DNA of 64,000 nt from Malacoraja senta (Eukaryota). The translations under genes were made by a program, and so were the position numbers. Each line of letters begins with the position of its first letter. The stretch's first letter is position 1. The notes below the pieces were generated by a model that worked only from the letters and a program-made list of their open reading frames with translations, ran no database searches and was not told the DNA's origin. Below, in pieces: positions 11,901 to 22,600 of this stretch. The DNA is taken from contig CM075977.1 of NCBI GenBank assembly GCA_038087875.1, positions 360,158,001 through 360,222,000 of the forward strand. Reading direction: 5' to 3'.

Positions 11901-12486
11901 AGGAGGTCGAGCGCCCAGCACTCATCAGAAATAGACACTTTTGACGTTATGGCAATTGATTTCACTAATCCTTCACATCTGGATATGTTGGTGGTTCACA
12001 CGACAAAAGATGCCATCCTGCAGATGCTCGCCTCAGTCATCAATTACGGATGGCCTGGCAAGCAGCATTCGCTTCCGCTTGCTGTTCGGCCTTTTCATTC
12101 CGGGATGAACTGGCCATTGAAGGTGGGGTTATCAAAAAGGGCCACAAGGCAGTGATTCCGGCTTCACTCCAACACAAGTACTTTAACGCCGAACACAGAG
12201 ATCATCCTGGCTCTGAAGCTACAGTGCAAGGAGCGAAGAGCATGTTTTTCTGGCCTGCCATGTCAGACTATATACGCAGGAGGGTGCAGTCCAGACTATA
12301 TACCAGGGCTCTCGCTTAACTTTTTTTCCCTGTTGCCAGCCGGGCAACCTTGACAGCTTTTTAGGTTGCCAAATGACAGTTTAGGTGGTAATATAAGACC
12401 GTTTGCATGACGCGTGCGATAATGTGCTCGGACGAAGTGCGTAGTTACCAGTCGGAATTATGCTCAATGAAGCATTCACATATTAT

Positions 12487-12638
12487 GTTCAAGAAGGAAC
12501 TGCAGATGCTGGAAAATCGAAGGTAGACAAAAGTGCTGGAGAAACTCAGTGGGTGCAGCAGCATCTATGGAGCGAAGGAAATAGGCAACGTTTCAGGCAG
12601 AAACCCATCAGTCTGAGTTTCTCCAGCACTTTTGTCTA
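12487..12638. mobile_element. Short Penelope-derived element
   Basis: TSD CATTCACATATTAT at 12473-12486 and 12639-12652; same core sequence as 3361-3537. Confidence 0.75.
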
Positions 12639-13289
12639 CATTCACATATTATTTCTGCTTCAAATAACTCACAAACTAAACATATTCACCAATCAAGACA
12701 TGATATATACCACAATGACATGCAGCAAAATTATAATACAATATCTCAACTCTTTTTACACATTGCAATTAATGCAATTTCTAATAGTTCTTTCCACTTC
12801 CAAACAAAAATGTGGTTGGATTATTCAGCATATGATCAACCTGTGTCAATAAATCCTGGACCATGGTAACATATATGCTTAACCATGCACACTACAGATT
12901 GATGCAAGCATGTTTTCTGTGAAGGACCGAAAATTACCATGACATGGCCATAGCATGGGTCGTTATTGCTATTGGCACAGAAACACTCTGGCTTCCCACA
13001 TAATTTATCCATAACAAAATATACAGGTTGCAAGGACATTTCTAAAGGCATTTTATGATAATAGCTGTTAAAACCGACTATACCCATCTGACAGGTTAAA
13101 CATTACACTAACTGACAAGAGATGGCCAAAGGACATAACTGCCGCAAATGTTCTTTTGGTAATATGTTTAAAGGTGTCAAAACAAATAATAACATTGGGA
13201 ATTAAAACACATTTGATTGCATTCTGTTATCAAACATAGTCAATGTTCGCTCTGAAGACCATGAAGCATAATAGGGTCAGGGGGTGTGT

Positions 13290-14320
13290 GAATCAGTGCG
13301 GGGTGGATAGATGAAGGGGGGGGGGGTTGTTGAGAAGGCAATCGGTGTGGAATGGATGGATTGAGGCAGGTGAATTAGTATGTGTTGGTTGGAGTATGTA
13401 AAATTGTCAGGGGAGAGCATGGGGGATGTCAGTGGTGTTGAATGGGGGGATCAGTACGGGATGGATGGGGAGGGGATCAGTACATGATGAATGGGGGGGG
13501 TCAGTACAGGATGAATGGGTGAAACAAAAATGCTGGAGAAATTCAGCGGGTGAGGCAGCATCTATGGAGCTAAGGAAATAGGCAGCGTTTCGGATCGACA
13601 CCCTTCTTCAGACTGTTCCCCCCATTCTTCTTGAATGGGGGGATCAGTGCAGGATGGAGGGGCGGGTTTCAGCACAGGATGAATGGGGGGATCAGTACAG
13701 GATGAATGGGGGGGGGGTCAGGACAGTGTGGATCGGAGGGCCTGTGCAGGATGAATGGGAGATCACTACAGGATGAATGGGGGATCACTACAGGTTGAAT
13801 GGGAGATCACCACAGGATGAATGAGGGGATCAGTATAGGATGAATGGGGGATCAGTACGGGATGAATGAGGGGATCAGTACAGGATGCATGAGGGGATCA
13901 GTACAGGATGAATGGATGATCAGTAAAAGATGAATGGGAAGATCACTACAGGATGGATGGGGGGATGGGTGCAGGGTAAATGGAGGGTGGGTCAGTACGG
14001 GATGAATGGGAGGATCAGTGCAGTTTGAATGGGGGAGAAGTGCAGGATGGATGGGAAGGGGGGTCAGTACAGGATGAATTGGGGGACCAGTGTAGGATGG
14101 ATTGGGGGGGGGGGGCAGGAGAATCAATGCGAGGTGGGTAGGGTGATGAATAGATTGGGGGGGTAGATGGGGAGGGGAGCACAGGGGATGTCAGTGAGGA
14201 CTGAATAGAGGAGGGAATGGGGATCAGTGCGGGATGGAGAGGAGGAGTCCCAGGATAAGGGGTGGAGGGGGGCGTACGAGAGAGAGAGGGGGGGAGGTGC
14301 AGAGGAGGTGGGGAGGAAGG
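13290..14320 (+). repeat. G-rich minisatellite (~20-23 nt unit GGATGAATGGGGGATCAGTACA)
   Basis: Many degenerate tandem copies; interrupted at ~13521-13632 by a Penelope-derived insert. Confidence 0.9.
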
Positions 14321-14522
14321 AAGGTCAGCGCTCCTCGGACAACATCGCCCCGCTGCCTTGGCCGTCCCTGTCCAACGCCAAAGTGCCGCCGCCAAAGGGG
14401 GAGGCGGTTGGGAACTCCTCGCCACCGCCTCCTCTCCTGCCCATCCAACAGCAAGGTGTGGGGCCGAGCGGTGCAGCTCATAGATCCTATTGCTATAGGA
14501 TCTGTCGTGCAGCTGCTTCAGA

Positions 14523-14716
14523 CGGCGGAAGGAGACCTCCCTCCCCCCCGGCCTCGGCGTGAGAGAGGGGTTGTTTTGAAAGCACCGTTGGCGGATTTGC
14601 AAGCAGCAGCCGTTATCAGGGCGATAGCGGCCGCTGCTTGCAAATCCGCCAACGGCGCTTTCAAAACAACCCCTCTCGCACGCCGAGGCCGGGGAGAGGG
14701 ATGACTCCTTCCGCCG
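14523..14716. repeat. Long GC-rich inverted repeat (arms ~95 bp, 5-nt loop)
   Basis: 14523-14617 is the near-perfect reverse complement of 14623-14716; loop AGGGC. Confidence 0.95.
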
Positions 14717-15502
14717 GGAGGAGGAGGCGGTGGAGCCGCTATCGCGGCCGCTGCTGCCGCTGTTCGGGGCCTGACATTCGCTCCGACCCTTCGTCACCAC
14801 GCACCAAGTATCTTTGCCCTGCAATCAAAGATACTAGAGTAATACAGCCGCCGCCGACACGAAACGTCACGTTCCTATTCTCCAGAGATGCTGCCTGACC
14901 CGCGTAGATACTCCAGTTTTTTGTGTCAATCGGTATAAACCAGTATCTGCTTGCCAAGCCGGGCAAAATGAGTCGGCGTTTAGGTTGCCCGGCGGCACTT
15001 TGGGTGGTCAATGGCACCCGGGCAACCGCTAATTTCGAGCCCTGTATACGCCGGAGGGTGCAGTGTGCAACAGCATGGCTCCACGTCAACAGAAAGAGCT
15101 CCTTTTGCAGTACCCGGTTCCTGACTTGCTGTGGTCCATGGTGGCGACTGACATTTTTGACTGGCATGGCAACCAATACTTGGTCCTGGTTGACTCCTAC
15201 TCTGGATGGTTTGAAATTGATCTGCTCCTCACAGATTCCACTGAGCCGGTCGTCAAGAAACTTGCGAGGCATTTTACAGTTCATCAGCACCTCAAACCCT
15301 CATGTCTGACAATGGTGGCCAATTCACAAGCCAGTGTTTCAAGGACTTTACACAGGAATGGAATTTTAAGCACATCACCAGCAGTCCCGGGTACCCCCAG
15401 TCGAACCGGCTGGCTAAGCGAGCTGTCCGCAGTGCAAAGGAGCTCATGGAGAGGTCCAGCAGGGCCGGGTCTGATGTGTTTTGGGATCTTCTCAATCTCC
15501 GC

Positions 15503-17071
15503 AACATAGAAACATAGAAAATAGGTGCAGGAGTAGGCCATTTGGCCCTTCGAGCCTGCACCGCCATTCAATATGATCATGGCTGATCATCGAACTCAGT
15601 ATCCTGTACCTGCTTTCTCTCCATACCCCCTGATCCCTTTAGCGGAAAGGGCCACATCTAACTCCCTCTTAAATATAGCCAATGAACTGGCCTCTGAACT
15701 GGCGTCATTCCACGTGATAGAAAACATAGAAACATAGAAAATAGGTGCAGGAGTAGGCCATTCGGCCCTTCGAGCCTGCACCGCCATTCAATATGATCAT
15801 GGCTGATCATCCAACTCGGTATCCTGTACCTGCTTTCTCTCCATACCCCCTGATCCCTTTAGCGGAAAGGGCCACATCTAACTCCCTCTTAAATATAGCC
15901 AATGAACTGGCCTCTGAACTGGCGTCATTCCACGTGATAGAAAACATAGAAACATAGAAAATAGGTGCAGGAGTAGGCCATTCGGCCCTTCGAGCCTGCA
16001 CCGCCATTCAATATGATCATGGCTGATCATCCAACTCAGTATCCTGTACCTGCCTTCTCTCCATACCCCCTGATCCCTTTATCCACAAGGGCCACATCTA
16101 ACTCCCTCTTAAATATAGCCAATGAACTGGCCTCAACTACCTTCTGTGGCAGAGAGTTCCAGAGATTCACCACTCTCTGTGTGAAAAATGTTTTTCTCAT
16201 CTCGGTCCTAAAGGATTTCCCCTTAATCCTTAAACTGTGACCCCTTGTCCTGGACTTCCCCAACATTGGGAACAATCTTCCTGCATCTAGCCTGTCCAAC
16301 CACTTAAGAATTTTGTAAGTTTCTATAAGATCCCCCCTCAATCTTCTAAATTCTAGCGAGTACAAGCCGAGTCTATCCAGTCTTTCTTCATATGAGAGTC
16401 CTGCCATCCCAGGAATCAATCTGGTGAACCTTCTCTGTACTCCCTCTATGGCAAGAATGTCTTTCCTCAGATTTGGAGATCAAAACTGTACGCAATACTC
16501 CAGGTGTGGTCTCACCAAGACCCTGTACAACTGCAGTAGAACCTCCCTGCTCCTATACTCAAATCCTTTTGCTATGAATGCTAACATACCATTTGCTTTC
16601 TTCACTGCCTGCTGCACCTGCATGCCTACTTTCAATGACTGGTGTACCATGACACCCAGGTCTCGCTGCATCTCCCCATTTCCTAATCGGCCACCATTTA
16701 GATAATAGTCTGCTTTCCTGTTTTTGCCACCAAAGTGGATAACCTCACATTTATCCACATTATACTGCATCTGCCATGCATTTGCCCACTCACCCAGCCT
16801 ATCCAAGTCACCTTGCAGCCTCCTAGCATGCTCCTCACAGCTATCACTGCCCCCCAGCTTCGTGTCATCCGCAAACTTGGAGATGTTGCATTCAATTCCC
16901 TCGTCCAAATCATTAATATATATTGTAAATAGCTGGGGTCCCAGCACCGAGCCTAGCAGTACCCCACTAGTCACTGCCTGCCATTCTGAAAAGGACCCGT
17001 TTACTCCTACTCTTTGCTTCCTGTCTGCCATCCAGTTCTCTAGCCACATCAATACTGAACCCCCAATACCG
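15503..17071 (-). mobile_element. CR1 cluster: two 220-bp tandem CR1 3' tails plus a 1.1-kb CR1
   Basis: CR1 3' end repeats with a 220-bp period (~15503, ~15723, ~15943); RT ORFs 16036-17082; inserted in the Gypsy A integrase. Confidence 0.95.
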
Positions 17072-18531
17072 TAATCCCACACTCGGTTCGCCGGCTCAGC
17101 GACTCATGTCGAGACAGACCAGGACTACTCTTCCAGTCGCGAAGCAGCTGCTGCAGCCACAAGTCTGCCAGCCCGAGGTGGTGCGGGCGCATCTGCAGCG
17201 TAAAAGACAGACGAAGAAGGCGTACTACGATCGTTCTAGTTGTCCTCTCCAACCATTGTCGGAGGGCCAGGTGGTCCGTCTCCAAACACAGGAGGGGTAT
17301 GACCATATGGGTACGGTCAAGGAGGTGTGTCCAGAACCATGGTCTTATTTGATTCAATCTGGCGGTGGGCTCTGCAGATGAAACCGACGATATATTTTGC
17401 CAGTAAATGAGCCGGTGCCATTGAGGCAGGTTCAGTGTGATGATGCAGATGACCCAGTTGATGTGTTATGGACAGAGGATGGAGATGATTATCTGCATGA
17501 GGGACATTGGACAGCAGACGGTGAGCAGTTCTGGGGTCAGGACTTTGTTTCTGCACCTGCAGAAGGACTGCCAATGGGGCTGGTGCCGATGATGAAGACC
17601 CCTGTAAAGCCTGTCGACAAATCCCCTGCGAAACCTGTGCTGGTTGAGTCATCGCCTGCTAAGAAACTCCCGATGGAGGCCGTGCCGGTGAGGGGTACGG
17701 ATGAAGGCCTGTACCGTACGCGTGCAGGACGGGTCAGCAAGCCTGTGGCTAGATACAGGGATTATGTCTTGAGGCAGATCTTGGACTCTAATTAACTATA
17801 ACCGACGTTACTTATATTACTTACAATATATCCTCCATTGTACTGTAGATGATAGTTAATTCTATAGCTTTCTACATATTCCTCTGCATGCTTTATGTTT
17901 GCTCTGGGAAAAAAAGCCAAAGAAGGGGGGGGGATGTAGATCAAAACGATTTGATCCGTGTCTGGTTTTGCTGCTGATGACCTACCTGGTCCATAATCCA
18001 TGTCAGGTATCCACACCACCACCACCTACCTGTGGCATGCGGGCAGCCATGTTGGTTGGGCAGTTCAACTTACGATTTCGAGCCTCTGTATGTATCCAAA
18101 TTAAAGTACTTGTTATGATATATAATGACTCTGTATCAATAGTGCTTTACTCCAGCATTTTGTGACTATCTTTGTTTTAAGCTAGCATCTGCAGTTCCGT
18201 CCAGCACAGTAGTACTCTGTAATAAAACAAAAAACGTTTTTCACACACACACCCGCACGCACATCCTCCAATTGGTGTAAACCAATTTGTTGAAGTTAGC
18301 AATAGTATAATGGCCAGATCGTTTTCTCTTGTACCCTGTAATTTTTGGAAAGTATTCTGGATATATTTTTTGGAACGGGGGTTTCTTATTTTTTAATCTA
18401 TAATCCACAAAAGAAAAGTGTAACAATTTATCAGGCATGTTACTTGATTGTTCACACTCTGAATCACTAAATTCAAATGGGTTAATTGAAACTTTTAGGT
18501 TTGTATATGCATTTCTATTTTGACTTTAGCT

Positions 18532-18958
18532 GGCCCATTCTTAGTCATGTGTGACCAAAAACATGAAAAATTGTTGAATACATGTCTTCTAATTCTGAGA
18601 GCATTACAGGTATATTGTTTTGTACTGTATATATGATTCTTTTTTTTTAAAGTTTATCCAGTGAAATTTTTATGTTATGCTGACAATGTTTGTTTAGGGT
18701 CAGAAGTCAAACATGACTGGTCACGTGTGTGACCGCACACAGAAGTGCTTTTTTCATAATTCAATTTTATCTTACAAACTCTGAATTTTAAAAAGCTAGA
18801 ATGTTCATATCTTTAGCAGACATGCATTATAGTTCTGTAGGTAGGAAAATAGCAATGAAAAAGATTAATCTCTTAACAATAATTTTTTATGTATTACTTT
18901 ATGTGATGCCATCTGGTCACGTGTGTGACATTTTTGTTCACTTTCCAAAGAATGGCCC
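18532..18958. mobile_element. Old MITE, possibly Sola-like
   Basis: Imperfect TIR GGCCCATTCTT / AAGAATGGCCC; near-TSD AGCT/ACCT; internal GGTCACGTGTGTGAC repeats. Confidence 0.5.
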
Positions 18959-19053
18959 ACCTACACTAATGATGTTTTCACTGTGGAATTTCCTTTTATG
19001 ACTTAAGATGGGGGAATGTTTCACTAATAATGAACAGATGTGTTTTCATGCAG

Positions 19054-19210
19054 AACACGTGGGAAACTGTTGGTAAAAAGAAGGGTCTTGGAACTGGAAA
19101 GGATAGTCTCCTGGAAAATAAGGAAAATAGAGATAAGCGAGGTGAGAAAGAAACTAGTCAGGTTCGTGGAAGCTCCTCCAGACGAGGAAAGGGAAGTCGT
19201 GGTAGGGAAT
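19054..19210 (+). CDS. UBAP2: UBAP2 coding exon (NTWETVGKKK...RGRE), phase 0-1
   Basis: cag|...|gtaagt; matches UBAP2 WETVG.KK...ENKENR.K. Confidence 0.93.
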
Positions 19211-19298
19211 GTAAGTATGACGTGGATTACTAGTTCATCGACTGATTCCGTTTTGCATACCTTTACTATTATTGAAATTTTAAATGTTTAATTTGCAG

Positions 19299-19370
19299 AC
19301 ATTGTTGAGGAAAATGGAATGGACGTTGGCCCAGGTGATCGGCACTCAGAACGAGGCAGGCGTGGCCGAG
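19299..19370 (+). CDS. UBAP2: UBAP2 coding exon (IVEENGMD...ERGRRGRG), phase 1-1
   Basis: cag|...|gtgaga; EENG motif, start of RG-rich region. Confidence 0.9.
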
Positions 19371-19679
19371 GTGAGACTAATTTATAACTCAATGCTTCAT
19401 GGTTTTCTTTTTTTTCCTTTGTATTGCTATGCTGTAACTAGTGTTAGTGAAGTGTTAATATGTACAAACATAATAACAGACTAGACAAGAACACCTTCTG
19501 TATCTCCATGTGTGCACCCTCCCACCCATTTCTGAAATTGTAATTCCTGAGAAAAGTAAAATCAGGGTTTGAAACCTAAACTAGTTGGGAAATTCAACTG
19601 TAGATAACAAGTTATCTACCTCCCTTTTTAAACTAAGTTGGAGTTAGAATCAATTTTGCCAACCTGCCTTGGATCTCAT

Positions 19680-22600
19680 GGGTTTCAACTTTTAAGACCT
19701 ACGTGAGACTTTCCCAAAAGCTTTACTGAAGTTCTTGTTGACAACGTCAAACCAGGCTGCTCTCACCACATTTCCTTACCACTTGAAATTTTCCAATTAA
19801 ATTGTTTGGATCAAATCTTACCCTAATAAAAGCCATGCTGACAATTTTTTGATTACTGGTAATTCCTGCCTTTCCAAGTGTACATTAATCCTTTGTATCA
19901 TGTTTCCCCCCACTAACTTCCTTTCAATTGCTGTTAGACTCACAGGCCTGTTATTACTTTATTTACCCCCATTGCCTTCTTGAATAAAGGTATCACATTT
20001 ACATTTTTCCAGTAATTTAACTCCTCATCTTGGCCAACAACACATCAAAAATCTCTGAAAGAGCCCCAACAATCTCACTTTCTTGTCTATCAGACTCAAA
20101 AACATCTCGTCACGCCCTGGAGAAACCTTGCTTCAGCATCATGTATCTGCTCCTCTTTAACTGGTAACTTGTTCCATAATTTCACTCCATTGCCCCCATA
20201 ACTTCCTGAATTTTCCAACCACAATGTCATCCTTCGGTGAAGATGTCAAAAGTATTCTTTTAAATCCCTATGACATCCTCTATCTCCATGCATATTTACT
20301 CCTTTGGTGCCTAATGGGGCCTACTCTTTCCCTGATTATCCTTTTGCTTAAAATATACTTAGCTGTAGGATTAATGTTCTTAATCTTGACTGCCGGCATT
20401 ATTTTGTCCCTCTTTGTCTGCCTAATTTCTTGAAGTATTAGTGTACTCTTTAGTTTCTCCTGTTTCCTGTTTCCAGATCACCATCCCTGCTACATCCATG
20501 GCATCCAAAGTTCCTTGCACTGCTTCTTCCTTTTCACCCTGTAGATTGGCTATTTCGTACTAGCCAATTATAGTGCTTGTTAGTAGTGACTCCGCCTAGT
20601 ATGTGCTTTATATTATTAAGAGCTTGCTTATGCTAGTTAGTATGAGCAACAGCTAGCAAATGCAATGTCTACAGATCCTTGCTGTAAGTAGATTTAATAA
20701 ACATGTGTTGTAGCTTTATATGTGTTCGTGTCACCTCATTACATGGTGTCAGAGTGAATCTTGCCCACTCCGTTCATGTTTATCGTTTTTTTTAAATTTC
20801 TTATTATTTTCTGTGTTTACTATCTCCATCATGGCAAATACGTGTCGCCGTCCAAGTCTGATCTTTGACTCTGACATTGCTGAACGCTGGCTTCGTTTCG
20901 AGCACGACTATACTCATTATGCTCGCATCATTCATCGTAATGACCCCCACGAAGTGTGTGCCTCTGTTCTGCTTAACTTGGCGGGACCAGAAGCAATGAA
21001 TTGTGCTGACAACTTCACTTTTGCACCTGCTGTTTTGGATGATAACGGTTAGGTCCGAGTGTCTGCTGAGACGATCGACGACCCTGCGGTTTTGCTCAAA
21101 GTTCAGAGAGTTGTGTGACCTGCCCTCAAACTACATTCTTGAAAGGACCAAGTTTTATGCTAGTTTACAACAGGTCGGTGAACCGATTGAACGTTTTATC
21201 AGCGACCTGAAGCATATGGCTGCACGCTGTCGATTTTGTGATTTAAGAGATGAGCTCATCCGTGACAAACTTGTTGGAGGTATGCTTGATAGCAAGTTAC
21301 GGGGTGAACTTCTTCATAATACTGACCTAACCCTTGATCAAGCAGAGCATGCCTCAGATTTCTGAGATAACGTCTCCCCACACTGATTCTGTGCCCTTCG
21401 GTCACCGTTCGCAGCATAGTGTCAATCTTACAGACTACTCCTCCCGCACGGGGTCTATTGTTCGGTGTCAAAATTGCAACTATTTCCATGCTACGGGTCG
21501 TCAGTTCTGTGTTGCTTATGGGAATGCCTTTAATTTCTGCAAGAAGTTAAACCACTTTGCACGATGCTGCCGTTCCCGTGTGAATCTAGCAAGGACGAGT
21601 CTGCACATGCTACAACATGAGCTTGCTGATAATGACTTCCAAGAGCCTGACTTGCCATCCCCCGCTCCGCTCTCAGAAAGTGCAGATACCAGTTCCGCCA
21701 TCCACTCTCTCCTCCCTTCGTCTAACGAGCAACTTGACCCTGGGGTAACCATGTTTGTGAATAACAGGCCTTTGATTGCGAAGGTTGATACTGGGGCCAA
21801 ATGCAACGTCATCTCATTAACAGTGTTTTAAAAAATTCGTAGTGCTGAACGTATTGAACAGGCCTCTGCCACGCTTCGGGCTTACCGGGGGAGATGTTCT
21901 ACACCCACTTGGACAAGCTGATTTAAAGTGCACCATAGACGCGCAGACCCGTACCGTAAAGTTTTATATTGTTAAAGGGGAATCAGAGACTTTGCTCGGT
22001 ATCAATGCATGCCACGATCTAGGCCTGGTATACTTTGGCCGCGTTGTCCATCAACTCTTTCTCGCTGACGGGCTCACTCAACACAAAGTACTCTCTCAAT
22101 ACAAAGAACTGTTTAACGACGAGCTTGGAAAGTTGCCTATCAAATACCACATTGTTGTCGATCCCAAAGTCACTCCTGTGGTCAGAGCACCACATCGTGT
22201 TCTGCATGCCATGCGGGACAGAGTACACAATGAACTCAAGCAGATGGTTTCCATGGGTGTTATTGCTGAAGTTACTGACCCATCTGACTGGGTTTCCACC
22301 ATGGTGGTCGCAACAAACAAAAAAAAGGAGGAGATCCGTATCTGCATAAACCCCAGAGATCTTAACACTGCCATCAAACGCCCGCATTACCCAATGCGAA
22401 CAATAGAGGATGTTGCTGCTCAGATAGACAACGCATCAGTATTCTCTGTTCTAGATGCTAAAAGCTCGTTTTGGCAGGTTCCACTGGACCCAGACTCGTC
22501 CAATCTCACTACGTTCGGCACCCCCTTTGGCCGATACAAATTTCTGAGAATGCCCTTTGGCATCAACTCTGCCAGCGAAGTTTTCCAGCGCACGATGGAA

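Larger units (their letters stand above)
12304..15044. mobile_element. Non-autonomous hAT-like DNA transposon with 5-bp TSD (hAT5-like)
   Basis: Ends CAGGGCTC...GAGCCCTG; TSD TATAC at 12299-12303 and 15045-15049; GGTTGCC/GGCAACC subterminal repeats at both ends; interrupts the Gypsy A integrase. Confidence 0.85.
8721..18150 (+). mobile_element. Gypsy LTR retrotransposon A (Mag-like), degenerate, with nested insertions
   Basis: 5' LTR 8721-9163; PBS TGGTGTCAGAAGTGG 9164-9178 (tRNA-Leu type); gag zinc knuckle CHRCRRQNHFGRCC; protease IDTGA; RT IIVDD; RNase H CDAS and IEKELLA; integrase SDNGGQF; PPT 17919-17934; 3' LTR 17935-18150 with its last few bp and TSD deleted. Confidence 0.95.

Noticed and set aside
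14015-14898. Cluster of long GC-rich ORFs (up to 269 aa) on both strands
   Set aside because: They arise from low stop-codon frequency in the minisatellite and palindrome; low-complexity, with no recognisable domain.
15503-16010. Repeat-spacer-repeat pattern resembling a CRISPR-like array
   Set aside because: The repeats are CR1 3' ends, the spacers are identical Gypsy target sequence, and the context is eukaryotic.
1-19053. UBA-domain and start exons of UBAP2
   Set aside because: No exon encoding a TGKNQDEC..ALHDC-like sequence was found; it is presumably upstream of the window or in the N gap.
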